IMG/VR virus record: IMGVR_UViG_3300027752_001914
Span: 1-34,900 of that record
Strand: one strand, 5' to 3'
From: a virus
Taxonomy: Duplodnaviria; Caudoviricetes
Length of the DNA: 34,900 nt
Shown in pieces: positions 1 through 8,877 of this stretch. The position numbers and the translations under genes are program-made. Below the pieces are notes generated by a model. The model had not been told where the DNA came from and searched no databases. It worked only from the letters and a program-made list of their open reading frames with translations. Positions within the stretch are counted from its first letter, which is position 1, and every line of letters starts with the position of its first letter.

Positions 1-487
1 CAGTTGTATCGGACATATAAAACTCGGGGTGATCTGCTTGTATTCCGCTGTCTTGTACAATAAAGTCAACACCTGTTCCATCTATAGGATATGTATAGTC
101 ACCAGTTAGTGTAGTTGCATCGTCAAATACACCTACGTTTGCTTCTTCTATACATCTTCGTAATCCCCAGTTTGCATGGGTGTTGTTTGTGCTTGATCCT
201 CTATACCATATTTCACTTTGACTAGCATTTAAGCCTATACTAATATCATCGCGTTGATCCGCTGGTATTTCAACAGCTAACACTCTTTCGTCACTTGCTA
301 ATGTTTCTGCTTCTGCATCAGTTAACATCCAATGGGTCATTCTTTTTGATCCCCATCTTGGATTAGCTACTTCTACTGCTCTATTTGGAATTGGTCCAGA
401 TCCTGTGTCTGCGGCAACTTCTGCGTCAAACTCTTCTAAATCTATACCTCTATTTACAACTACTACGTACTCTTTTTCATTAGCCAT
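1..487 (-). CDS. Subtilisin-like (S8, proteinase K-like) serine protease, N-terminal part; runs off the left edge
   Basis: Not in the ORF track; manual translation from ATG at 487 gives MANEKEYVVVVNRG...ANWGLRRC...YTYPIDGTGVDFIVQDSGIQADHPEF. This shows a propeptide-like N-terminus, WGLxR, and the catalytic-Asp motif DSGI..HPEF. It overlaps the upstream gene by 8 bp. Confidence 0.85.
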   Translation of the reverse strand, partial: MANEKEYVVVVNRGIDLEEFDAEVAADTGSGPIPNRAVEVANPRWGSKRMTHWMLTDAEAETLASDERVLAVEIPADQRDDISIGLNASQSEIWYRGSSTNNTHANWGLRRCIEEANVGVFDDATTLTGDYTYPIDGTGVDFIVQDSGIQADHPEFYMSDTT

Positions 488-1994
488 AACTTGTTAAACT
501 CCCTATAACAGACCATGCTCCACCAGTTCTTATTAATGCAAATGTAACCATATCGGTTTTATTAGCATTTCCTGTTGGTGTTGTACCATCTTCCCAATTA
601 ATTGTAGTTGATGACCCTGCTATTGTTACTGCTGTTGGCATATATGCTGATGCGCCTTGCACTAGCACTAACGCAACACCTATAACCCTATTGTCTGTAG
701 TAGGAACGTTTGTAAAGTTTGCTGTAAAGTTGGCAGCTATTGAGGCATGTCTCCATACCGATGCTGTTGCAAGACTATGATCGACAATGCTTGATGCACC
801 TGTTTTATTGCCAACAACTTCACTTGATCTAGCAATACCACTTAAGAATACACCGTCAGTTGCTGACAATGTTAAAGATGTGGAACTAGTAAAGTTTGTT
901 ACTCCAAGACCAGTACTTATAATGCTAGGTGATGTAACACTATCAAACACAACATCGTCTGTTGTATTTAAACTTTGATTATAGCCTCCACCGCCACCTG
1001 CAACTGAACCTGGTTTCCACGTACTTGTTGAATTGTCCCATACTATTGCTTGACCATTTGTTGGTGCTACTGTAGTTGTATCAACATCTGACAAATCATC
1101 TATTGAACCAGGTATTGTTGGTGGACTTATTAAGTCCGAATAAGCACCAGTAGTGGCTATTGTAGCTAATGTTGGTGCTCCTACTAAATCAGAATAAGAT
1201 CCGCTGAATACATTACCCGCAACAGGCTGTACCCATTGACTGCTATCAGCATCTTCTATATAAACATAAAGATATCCTGATGTACTATTATACCAAATAT
1301 TTCCTGCACTAGGACTGTCTGGTGCTGTATCACTTACAGCTAAACTTGCGCCACCACCACCTGCTGCTGCAGTTCCCACAGTAATTGTATTTCCCATATT
1401 AGTATGATTTTGACACCAGTAATATAGGGTAGCGGGTGAAGTCGATGTACATGTTATTTGTACTTGTCTTTTTGTAGACCGAGAAAATTTATTCCAGTAC
1501 GTTTCTTTATCAACTACTAAGTCTTCTAGTAAATATACTACGCCATCTAAGAATGTTAGGCCACCGCCTAATTCTCCGTTTGCTGTTTGTGAAAAGTTTA
1601 ACGGATGTTGGTTAATTGCGGCGCCTTCGGCATTAGGAAAATAAAGATTTGTAAAGTTAGATTGTTCAAAAACGTATGTGTAGCCAACAGTAAATGATAA
1701 TGCAGGTGCATATACACCGTCACCGTTAAACACATACTTATTTCCGCTACCGTCTGTTCCTACTGTAACATTATACTTAACTGTTGCAATTTCGGCTTTG
1801 GCTGCATTGATGCGTAGTCTATCTTGACTAACAATTTCAAAGCCGCCGCGGTCAATACCATTATAGACTCTAAGTGTTTTTGTTTCTTTTTCGTAAAAAA
1901 GCTCACCACTTGCTCCGACGTTTCTATTTAAAAAATCGTTAGGGCGGGGTACTAATCTTACTCTATCGAATACGGGTGCTACTGGTAAAACCAT
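480..1994 (-). CDS. Virion structural/tail fibre-like protein (504 aa) with a cupredoxin-like domain
   Basis: N-terminal GELFYEKETKTLRVYNG (Mtd-N/hyaluronidase-like), HPL...LYYWCQNHTNMG, fibre-type motifs PSAGNIWYNS, SGSYSDL and DDLSDVD..PTNGQAIVWD, and Gly linkers. Confidence 0.7.
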   Translation of the reverse strand: MVLPVAPVFDRVRLVPRPNDFLNRNVGASGELFYEKETKTLRVYNGIDRGGFEIVSQDRLRINAAKAEIATVKYNVTVGTDGSGNKYVFNGDGVYAPALSFTVGYTYVFEQSNFTNLYFPNAEGAAINQHPLNFSQTANGELGGGLTFLDGVVYLLEDLVVDKETYWNKFSRSTKRQVQITCTSTSPATLYYWCQNHTNMGNTITVGTAAAGGGGASLAVSDTAPDSPSAGNIWYNSTSGYLYVYIEDADSSQWVQPVAGNVFSGSYSDLVGAPTLATIATTGAYSDLISPPTIPGSIDDLSDVDTTTVAPTNGQAIVWDNSTSTWKPGSVAGGGGGYNQSLNTTDDVVFDSVTSPSIISTGLGVTNFTSSTSLTLSATDGVFLSGIARSSEVVGNKTGASSIVDHSLATASVWRHASIAANFTANFTNVPTTDNRVIGVALVLVQGASAYMPTAVTIAGSSTTINWEDGTTPTGNANKTDMVTFALIRTGGAWSVIGSLTSYG

Positions 1995-2004
1995 AGGTTA
2001 TTCC

Positions 2005-2337
2005 TTAACCTAATAGGCCGTGTGCTGTAAATGCTCTAATTGCATCAGGCTCAAATCTATGGTCAGATTCTGCATTTGTAGAAATGTTCACACTACCTTC
2101 TGGTCTTGCTGGATCGATTGAAGCTGCATATCTTTCAGCAATCATTTCGTCTGTCTGGTCAATCTCGTATCCAATTGATTCTACTACTGCACCTGTGTGC
2201 TCTGCTGCAAATGTGTTTGCTTTTGCTTCATCAGGGAACTTACGGACTTCTTCATATCCGTCACCATCCGGGTCCCAAGTATGGTAAAGCATTACGTCCG
2301 CTTTTGTCGGATGTGGTTTTTTAACTGCATATGGCAT
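2005..2337 (-). CDS. Hypothetical protein (110 aa)
   Basis: ORF with an AGGAG RBS and an upstream NATAAATA motif; no recognisable protein motif. Confidence 0.75.
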   Translation of the reverse strand: MPYAVKKPHPTKADVMLYHTWDPDGDGYEEVRKFPDEAKANTFAAEHTGAVVESIGYEIDQTDEMIAERYAASIDPARPEGSVNISTNAESDHRFEPDAIRAFTAHGLLG

Positions 2338-2364
2338 ATATTTCTCCTATAAAAATTACATATA

Positions 2365-2372
2365 TATTTATT
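2365..2372 (-). promoter_or_regulatory. T4-like late promoter (AATAAATA)
   Basis: NATAAATA about 28 bp upstream of the 2337 start, overlapping the gmhB stop; the same motif recurs in other intergenic gaps. Confidence 0.6.
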
Positions 2373-2967
2373 GTAACTGATCTGCAAAATCAGCCAAATT
2401 GTCAAATACATAGGTTTTCTTTTTAATTTCCTTGTACGTATACTTATTTAGCTGTTTCTCGGTTTCTATTCCGTAGCCTGTTCTTACAAGTACAGGCCTT
2501 GCTCCTACCTTCATAGCAGCTCGCAAATCACTCATTTTATCACCTACATAAAACCCTTGCTTCCAGTTTATGCCTTTTATTTCTTTTGCACAACGCTTAA
2601 ACATACCTGCATTGGGCTTTGCATACATATCAGTTTTTGAACTACTTTCGCTATAGTATATACCTTCAATGCTAGTACAACCTGCTTCGCCAAATAAGTT
2701 TAACATATGTTCATGTACTGATTCAACTTGTTCGTTTGTAAGCACACCTTTAGCAATGCCGCCTTGATTTGTAAGTACTACAATACGATGTCCTAGTCTG
2801 CGTAGTTTAGCTATTGCTTCTAAACTTCCTTCTATGGGCTCAAACTGATTCGCTGATTTTATATATGTGCCTAAATCTTTATTAATAACTCCGTCTCTAT
2901 CTAACCCAATTACGCATTGTGTAGGTAGTGTTGGAGCTGCTGTAACAATCTTATACTTATCTATCAT
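2368..2967 (-). CDS. gmhB: D,D-heptose 1,7-bisphosphate phosphatase (HAD family)
   Basis: LDRDGVIN, TNQGGI, KP and VGDKMSD motifs; clustered with hldE and hldD. Confidence 0.9.
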   Translation of the reverse strand: MIDKYKIVTAAPTLPTQCVIGLDRDGVINKDLGTYIKSANQFEPIEGSLEAIAKLRRLGHRIVVLTNQGGIAKGVLTNEQVESVHEHMLNLFGEAGCTSIEGIYYSESSSKTDMYAKPNAGMFKRCAKEIKGINWKQGFYVGDKMSDLRAAMKVGARPVLVRTGYGIETEKQLNKYTYKEIKKKTYVFDNLADFADQLQ

Positions 2968-3532
2968 AGGTATACCAACCTGTTATTATATATTTTTCGC
3001 CTTTGTATATAGGATTACCTCTGTGAGGAAATGTAAATCCACAAGGAAAAATTACAACTTTACCTTGTTCAGGTATTATTTTTTTACCTTGATACAAAAA
3101 TTCTGTTTCTCCGCCCTCTTCGACATCGTTAAGATATAGCATGTAATTAATAACTCTTGTGCTACTACTAATGTCACTTGCTTCTGCATGCCAAGAATGA
3201 TATCCTTGATGTGGGCGTGTGCGCTGGATACTCATCCCTTTAGGACTATGTTGTTCACTCTGTTTAAGCATAATATATTTTTCCATATATTGTGCAGTAT
3301 AAACTTCTTGTATTTTTTTATAGAAATAATCACACAACGAAAAATCATAATGATATTGGCCTTGAGTATGTGCCCAGTCAAAAACTACTCTATCGTCACT
3401 GCTCGCTTCGCCGTGATTAGGACGTACAACTTCTCTCTGTGCCATAACATTAAAATGTTTTATAATCTCTTCGCAATACTCTTTTTCAAATATGTTTGGG
3501 TATTCTTCGATGCCACTAAAGTCGTTGTTCAT
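2957..3532 (-). CDS. 2OG-Fe(II) oxygenase (prolyl 4-hydroxylase-like)
   Basis: YHSWHAE...YLNDVEEGGET.F...IFP...HRG...KY motifs. Confidence 0.88.
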   Translation of the reverse strand: MNNDFSGIEEYPNIFEKEYCEEIIKHFNVMAQREVVRPNHGEASSDDRVVFDWAHTQGQYHYDFSLCDYFYKKIQEVYTAQYMEKYIMLKQSEQHSPKGMSIQRTRPHQGYHSWHAEASDISSSTRVINYMLYLNDVEEGGETEFLYQGKKIIPEQGKVVIFPCGFTFPHRGNPIYKGEKYIITGWYTYDR

Positions 3533-4166
3533 GTATTACCTCCAAGTAGTATATATCATTGTACATTTCTGATTTTGTATATGTACTTATTTTTAATCCA
3601 GCTTGCTGTACCATAAGTCTGAAAGTCTCCGGTGTAGAACCTGTATAGTTTTCCTGTAATAATATTCTACCGTTTGTTGCTAGTAAAGATTTTGCCTTAA
3701 TAAAAAACTCTTTATGAGAATGCCAATTAGGGTCTACTAAAATATCTTCTATGTGTTCGAACTGAGTAGAATCAAAACCTAAAGTGTTTGCTGCTGCTTC
3801 GCTACTTGGCCAGTGTGGTGGATTTGCAACTATTAAATCAAACGTGCCTTCAACATTTTCTAAACTTTTTCCTTGTACAACATTAATATTATCTGCAAAT
3901 GTAGGATTATTTTCTTTTGTATGTTGTGCCAGTTCTATTGCTGGCAAATACATATCACTTAGTGTAACATTTTTAGCAAGCCCTGATGCTAACATTCCGA
4001 AGCCAATGAATCCTGGACCACTACACCATTCTAATACGTGGTCAACAGAGGTATACCATTCCTTTGTAATATCTATGTATTCTAATGCAAAGTAATCGCC
4101 ACCGCCGTTTGTTTTGTTGGTATAGAATACATCAAAATTATCAATTCGCCAAATATATTCTATCAT
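3516..4166 (-). CDS. Class I SAM-dependent methyltransferase (HemK/small MTase-like)
   Basis: Motif I LEWCSGPGFIG and motif IV FDLIVANPPH. Confidence 0.85.
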   Translation of the reverse strand: MIEYIWRIDNFDVFYTNKTNGGGDYFALEYIDITKEWYTSVDHVLEWCSGPGFIGFGMLASGLAKNVTLSDMYLPAIELAQHTKENNPTFADNINVVQGKSLENVEGTFDLIVANPPHWPSSEAAANTLGFDSTQFEHIEDILVDPNWHSHKEFFIKAKSLLATNGRILLQENYTGSTPETFRLMVQQAGLKISTYTKSEMYNDIYYLEVIHEQRL

Positions 4167-4960
4167 GTTTTTTCTTTTAAATATGGTATATACTGTTCAG
4201 CAATTTGTTTGTGTACTTCTTCGGTATAATGTTCGCCGTCTAATGTTTCAAACTTTTTGTTAAAAAATATTTCAGCATCTTGTTTTGCAAACGTTGTTTT
4301 ATTTAATTTTGTATAGTAGTTATCTGTTTCTTGTGGTATAAAACACCTATTATTAATGTTCCAAACATACATAGGTACATTATTGTTATTACATATCATA
4401 TCACACACAGCAATATCTTTAAAATAATCTTCTTGTTCTAAATGTGTATTTTGATAATGCCACATTTGAAAATATAAATGCGAACTGCGTCTTGTGTCAG
4501 GTTCTGCTACCCACGGTGCTGTTTCTCTGTTATAGGGAAACATTTCCCAATCCTGCGGCTGTGGTTTATGATAATGTTCTAGATATTTGTTGTCTACGCT
4601 TAGTGCAATACTCCAACGATCAACAAGCTCGTCAGTTGAATCTTTTTGTAAGAAAAAGTCTGTAGGAAATATTTTTGTAGGATCTAAATCAGGATTAATT
4701 ACAATAGGAAATCTACCCCAATATGTACTTTGAATAAACACTTCGTCTATATCATCATATGTTTTAAAGGCGTGTGCTAAAAATCTAGGATATACTCTAT
4801 TACCTGTTCCTGCACTTGCCATTACAACACATTTTTTATTATTATTTTTACTGTAAAATTCAGCATAATTATTAGGTCCCCAAGTGTTGGGACTATTGTC
4901 TTTACTTACTCCTTGGTAACCCATACTATGACTACAACCAATAAACAGTGTTCTAGACAT
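4163..4960 (-). CDS. SGNH/GDSL-like hydrolase or acyltransferase
   Basis: Block I-like LFIGCSHSMG, AGTGN and C-terminal DGEH. The start is placed at ATG 4960 (MSRTLF), overlapping the cupin stop, rather than at 4981. Confidence 0.6.
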   Translation of the reverse strand: MSRTLFIGCSHSMGYQGVSKDNSPNTWGPNNYAEFYSKNNNKKCVVMASAGTGNRVYPRFLAHAFKTYDDIDEVFIQSTYWGRFPIVINPDLDPTKIFPTDFFLQKDSTDELVDRWSIALSVDNKYLEHYHKPQPQDWEMFPYNRETAPWVAEPDTRRSSHLYFQMWHYQNTHLEQEDYFKDIAVCDMICNNNNVPMYVWNINNRCFIPQETDNYYTKLNKTTFAKQDAEIFFNKKFETLDGEHYTEEVHKQIAEQYIPYLKEKT

Positions 4961-5315
4961 TTTGGCTATCACCCTTTTCAACTCTATAATTATCTTCTAC
5001 ACTATCTGGTGTGCTTACTTCAATAATAGACCCTGCTTCTACACACATAAGTTGATGTGGCAACATAGGAGGAATATGTTTTGTATCTCCTTTGTTTAAT
5101 GTTTCTACAACTGGGTCTGCTGTCTTTGTGTCAATCGTTTTAAGAATAAAACTGCCACTTAGTACGTGCCAAGTTTCGTCTTTTTCTTTATGTAGGTGCA
5201 TACTAAATTTAGCACCTTGGTTAAAGTTTAATAATTTACCACAGTACAACTCGTTAGTTGCAAAGATAGTTTCACTACCCCAACCTTTTTCAACTAAGCC
5301 GTTCAGTTTCGTCAT
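4953..5315 (-). CDS. Cupin-fold protein, mannose-6-phosphate isomerase-like
   Basis: KGWGSE, SMHLHKEKDETW and IPPMLPHQL cupin metal motifs, then IIEVST. Confidence 0.8.
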   Translation of the reverse strand: MTKLNGLVEKGWGSETIFATNELYCGKLLNFNQGAKFSMHLHKEKDETWHVLSGSFILKTIDTKTADPVVETLNKGDTKHIPPMLPHQLMCVEAGSIIEVSTPDSVEDNYRVEKGDSQNV

Positions 5316-5934
5316 TTGTTGCCGCCTCTATTTTAAAGTTTGCTGCTATTGAAGCCCGTCTTTTATTAGTTTTATTAGGTAAAACATAATGCGGTATCCA
5401 ACTAGGAAACAATATAAGTTTGCCTGGTTCTAGTTCCGGAATATATCTTTGATACTGCCATTGATTAAATATTTGTTCCATTCCAGACGATTGTATAATA
5501 TTATAGTTTGGACAATCTAAAACTAGTTGGCCGCCGATGTCGTCACCTTCTGGCAGTTCTAAAATATAAACAGCACTAATTGAACGGCCTGGAAATGCAT
5601 GATCATGTATTTCCTGATAATCATGTTCTTTATACGTGTTTACCCAAAACTCGTCACAACTAATATTGTATGGCATCATTGGTTTCATATCATCAAAATA
5701 CTGTTGTGTATACGGTCTAATGTTTTCAAAAAATGTCTGCCAGGGTAGAGCATCATTCTTTTTGCTTCTAATACTACTACGGCAACTACCATACACCCAC
5801 GTGTCTTCAAAGAAACTATCGTCATCTAAATATGGCAAAAACTCTTTATAAATGTCGTCATGTGTTTCTACTTTAGCTTCATACATCCAAGTAGGCCACA
5901 TGCCTTGTGTTTTACCATTTACAATCATTCCCAT
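5290..5934 (-). CDS. 2OG-Fe(II) oxygenase-like protein (TIGR02466-type)
   Basis: WVN..QEIHDH..ISAVY...LILFPSWIPHYV...RASIAAN. Confidence 0.82.
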   Translation of the reverse strand: MGMIVNGKTQGMWPTWMYEAKVETHDDIYKEFLPYLDDDSFFEDTWVYGSCRSSIRSKKNDALPWQTFFENIRPYTQQYFDDMKPMMPYNISCDEFWVNTYKEHDYQEIHDHAFPGRSISAVYILELPEGDDIGGQLVLDCPNYNIIQSSGMEQIFNQWQYQRYIPELEPGKLILFPSWIPHYVLPNKTNKRRASIAANFKIEAATNDETERLS

Positions 5935-6443
5935 CCACCTCCCGGATTACCTTTTGTATCAAAGAAAAACACTTGTGTCAGTCTTCCTGTTTCTTTACTG
6001 TCGCCAAATCCAGACATCAAACTACTGTGTAATGAATCTGCTCTATATAATATTAGTCTGTTATATTTGTTTGCTATAGCATCTTGTAATTCAAATTCAC
6101 CCGGCTTAGGTTCAGTAAATATCCCTGTGCCAGCTTCTTGCGGAGCGTCAGGAGTAAGGTACAATACGCCTGCCCAATCTACGCCTTTATCTTTGTGTAC
6201 CCATGTTTTAACATCATCAGTACATAATTGAAAGCAAAAACTGTCCAATTTCCAAGCGGTAATTTTTACATTTAATATAGCTTCTATTTTTGTCTGTATA
6301 AATCTTCGGTATTCTTCATCTGCACTATCGCTACGCATACCTGGAAATACACCATCACGTTCAAACGGAAGTTGTAAAACTTGTTCTCTTACATGATCTG
6401 CACTTTGTAAAAAGTTATCAGTAATAATTAAGTTAACATCCAT
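5925..6443 (-). CDS. 2OG-Fe(II) oxygenase-like protein (DUF6445-like)
   Basis: IITDNFL, FPGMRS, WVHKD..WAGVLYLTP..GT, NRLILY...LHS and RLTQVFF. Confidence 0.8.
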   Translation of the reverse strand: MDVNLIITDNFLQSADHVREQVLQLPFERDGVFPGMRSDSADEEYRRFIQTKIEAILNVKITAWKLDSFCFQLCTDDVKTWVHKDKGVDWAGVLYLTPDAPQEAGTGIFTEPKPGEFELQDAIANKYNRLILYRADSLHSSLMSGFGDSKETGRLTQVFFFDTKGNPGGGWE

Positions 6444-7239
6444 TTATATATTCCTCTACACTTTTAAATCTGTGCGTTATTAGTGTACTTAAACTATCTA
6501 AGTTAGCACACGTATATTGCTGATACTGACCTTTTAAATTATCTGGCATAGGTATGTATTCAATGTCAGCACTATATTTGTTTGCGACTAATTCTGCAAC
6601 TTGTTGAAAACTAATAGCAGTTCCAGTACCTATATTATATACGCCTTTTTCATTTATGTCAAGCATTTTTTCATGCACTTCGCATATATCACTTACGCAT
6701 ACAAAGTCTCTTTTATAGTTTTCACTTTTTTCAAATAACTTTATTTTACCTTGTTTTGCCTGTTCTGCAAACTTATGTATTGGGCTTGCTTGATTACCCT
6801 TGTGATCTTCATTTGGACCGTATACATTAAAATAACGAAATCCTTGTATTATAATTTGAGGATTCATGCCACCAATCCACCTGTCAAATAGATACTTACT
6901 CCAAGCATACGGACTTTTTGGATCACTAGGACCTGACTCTGTAAAGTGTTTAGTATCACCGTATACACTTGCACTCGATGCATATTGCATATTAACTTTA
7001 TAAGCATTACATTGATTATAAAGCCATTTAGTAAATTCATAATTATGTAATATAACTTTATCTACATCAGTCTCAGTTGTACTACTAATTGCTCCTAAAT
7101 GTATTACCCAATCATAATCTTTTACTAAAGGCAATTGTTCTGGAGTGAATTCGTATCCTGAAACTTCATGTTTAGATTCTAAATAGGACATCATGTTTTG
7201 CCCTATAAATCCTTTATGACCTGTTATTAATATCTTCAT
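6433..7239 (-). CDS. hldD: ADP-L-glycero-D-manno-heptose 6-epimerase (NAD-dependent SDR)
   Basis: TGHKGFIG, HLGAISSTTE, YASSASVYG, YAWSK, GFRYFNVYGPNEDHKG and RDFV; adjacent to hldE. Confidence 0.9.
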   Translation of the reverse strand: MKILITGHKGFIGQNMMSYLESKHEVSGYEFTPEQLPLVKDYDWVIHLGAISSTTETDVDKVILHNYEFTKWLYNQCNAYKVNMQYASSASVYGDTKHFTESGPSDPKSPYAWSKYLFDRWIGGMNPQIIIQGFRYFNVYGPNEDHKGNQASPIHKFAEQAKQGKIKLFEKSENYKRDFVCVSDICEVHEKMLDINEKGVYNIGTGTAISFQQVAELVANKYSADIEYIPMPDNLKGQYQQYTCANLDSLSTLITHRFKSVEEYINGC

Positions 7240-8365
7240 TTATTATCCTTGTAGTACTATGTCCTTTAACTGTAGGGAAAATAACAATCTTAGCAAGATG
7301 GTTACCTACTACTGTATCAAATGTATAGTCGCCGCCTTTTACTATAATATCTGGTTCTAATTTGGTAATTGCTTCCAAAGGTGTGTCTTCGTTAAACACA
7401 ATAACATCGTCTACAAAACCAAGCTCTAAGAGGCTTTCCTTGCGGGTGTCTTCTCCGTTAATGGGTCTTAAATCACCTTTTAATCGCTTAACACTGGAAT
7501 CGCTGTTAATGCCCACTACTAGTCTGTTTCCAAGCGTTTTAGCGTGTCTAAGAAGCTTTAAATGACCAATATGTAATATATCAAACACTCCGTTAGTAAA
7601 CACAACAGTATTCTCTATATCTTCATGTTTTAATATATATGTTCCTGCATGTTTAACACTTTCTGTTGATCCTTTAACAGCAATCTCTAAACATTTTTTA
7701 TGTGTATAACTTTTTGTAAGACCATAAACAAATGCCGCCATAAAACAATCGCCAGCACCAGTAACATCTGATACTTCTAAATTATCAACAGGTATTTCAT
7801 ATTTCTCACCGTTAATAGTTGCAATAACTTCTTCACCGGCATTGGTTGTAATAATATTGCCTTGCCATTCATCAAAACCTAAATCATGAAATTCATTGTA
7901 GTTAGGTTTTACTAACCATGCATTTTCATAGAACCATACATTCTCTTTTGGATCTACAATAACTTTACAACCAAATTTATTAATATGCTTTATGATTTCT
8001 TTTGCTTCGTCTAGCACACCTTTGTTGTAATCACTTAGTACAACATAGTCGTACTGTGAAAAGTCCGTTGATTTTACAAGGTCTAATACGTCTGTACCAC
8101 TTGCTTGTGCGTCATCATCAATACGTGTAATATAATGGCCGTCACAAATTACTCTAGTCTTAACACTGACTTGACCTTGTGTTTCAAACATATCAACATC
8201 AACACCTAAACTTTTTAAGTTTTCAAATACAAGTCCTGCACCACCGCTAGTTTCTTTTTCTTCAATATAAGTTACAACAGGCACAGGCGCTTCGGGACTA
8301 ATACGTGTTGATGTTCCGTAGATATATTTGTCAATTATTACATCGCCAAGCACTAATACTTTCAT
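7214..8365 (-). CDS. hldE: Bifunctional heptose-7-phosphate kinase / heptose-1-phosphate nucleotidyltransferase
   Basis: PfkB domain (RISPEAPVPV, SDYNKG, DVTGAGD) plus a nucleotidyltransferase domain (FTNGVFDILHIGH, NSDSSVKRLKG..RPIN, KGGDY, GHSTT). Confidence 0.93.
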   Translation of the reverse strand: MKVLVLGDVIIDKYIYGTSTRISPEAPVPVVTYIEEKETSGGAGLVFENLKSLGVDVDMFETQGQVSVKTRVICDGHYITRIDDDAQASGTDVLDLVKSTDFSQYDYVVLSDYNKGVLDEAKEIIKHINKFGCKVIVDPKENVWFYENAWLVKPNYNEFHDLGFDEWQGNIITTNAGEEVIATINGEKYEIPVDNLEVSDVTGAGDCFMAAFVYGLTKSYTHKKCLEIAVKGSTESVKHAGTYILKHEDIENTVVFTNGVFDILHIGHLKLLRHAKTLGNRLVVGINSDSSVKRLKGDLRPINGEDTRKESLLELGFVDDVIVFNEDTPLEAITKLEPDIIVKGGDYTFDTVVGNHLAKIVIFPTVKGHSTTRIINEDINNRS

Positions 8366-8877
8366 TCGTAATCCATGTATACGTTACCACTTATAGTCGA
8401 CCCAACTGATCCTGGGCGAACATAATGTTCTAAGAAGCTAGGAAATATAATTATATCTCCTGTTTTTAATTCTGGTCTAAAATCTAACGGAAATTCTTTT
8501 ACATTTGTACCTAAATGATTTTGTATATCTTTAAACATTGGATTCATAAACACAGTTTTAGATTCTTCTACAGTTTCGTATATAATAAAGCTCCAAGAAC
8601 TATTTGGGTGTATGTGTATATCTTGCCAATCAGTTTCTTTATATTTGTTGCGCCATATAGGGCCAAATCTTGGATTAGGTCCAACTAAATCTTGTAAGTT
8701 TTTAGAAATAATACTAACTAGATATTCAAATGTTTCAGGTGTAATTTTATGTTCTTTTGTAAATGTACTAGGTGTTTCACTCAGCCAGGTTGGCTCAGTA
8801 TCTTCTTGGCTAATATCAATTTTTTCTAAATCAATGGTGTCAATAAATATTGGAACACTAAACATATCAACACGCAT
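8362..8877 (-). CDS. 2OG-Fe(II) oxygenase-like protein (TIGR02466-type)
   Basis: WRN..WQDIHIH..WSFIIY...IIIFPSFLEHYV; similar to 5290..5934. Confidence 0.78.
   Translation of the reverse strand: MRVDMFSVPIFIDTIDLEKIDISQEDTEPTWLSETPSTFTKEHKITPETFEYLVSIISKNLQDLVGPNPRFGPIWRNKYKETDWQDIHIHPNSSWSFIIYETVEESKTVFMNPMFKDIQNHLGTNVKEFPLDFRPELKTGDIIIFPSFLEHYVRPGSVGSTISGNVYMDYE

Noticed and set aside
463-480. ATG at 480 overlapping the stop (TAATG) as the start of the leftmost gene
   Set aside because: That frame stops after five codons; the open frame starts at ATG 487.
2368-8365. Bacterial LPS core locus
   Set aside because: It is flanked by phage structural genes and late promoter motifs and interleaved with phage-type oxygenases; no waa, kds or lpx genes are present.
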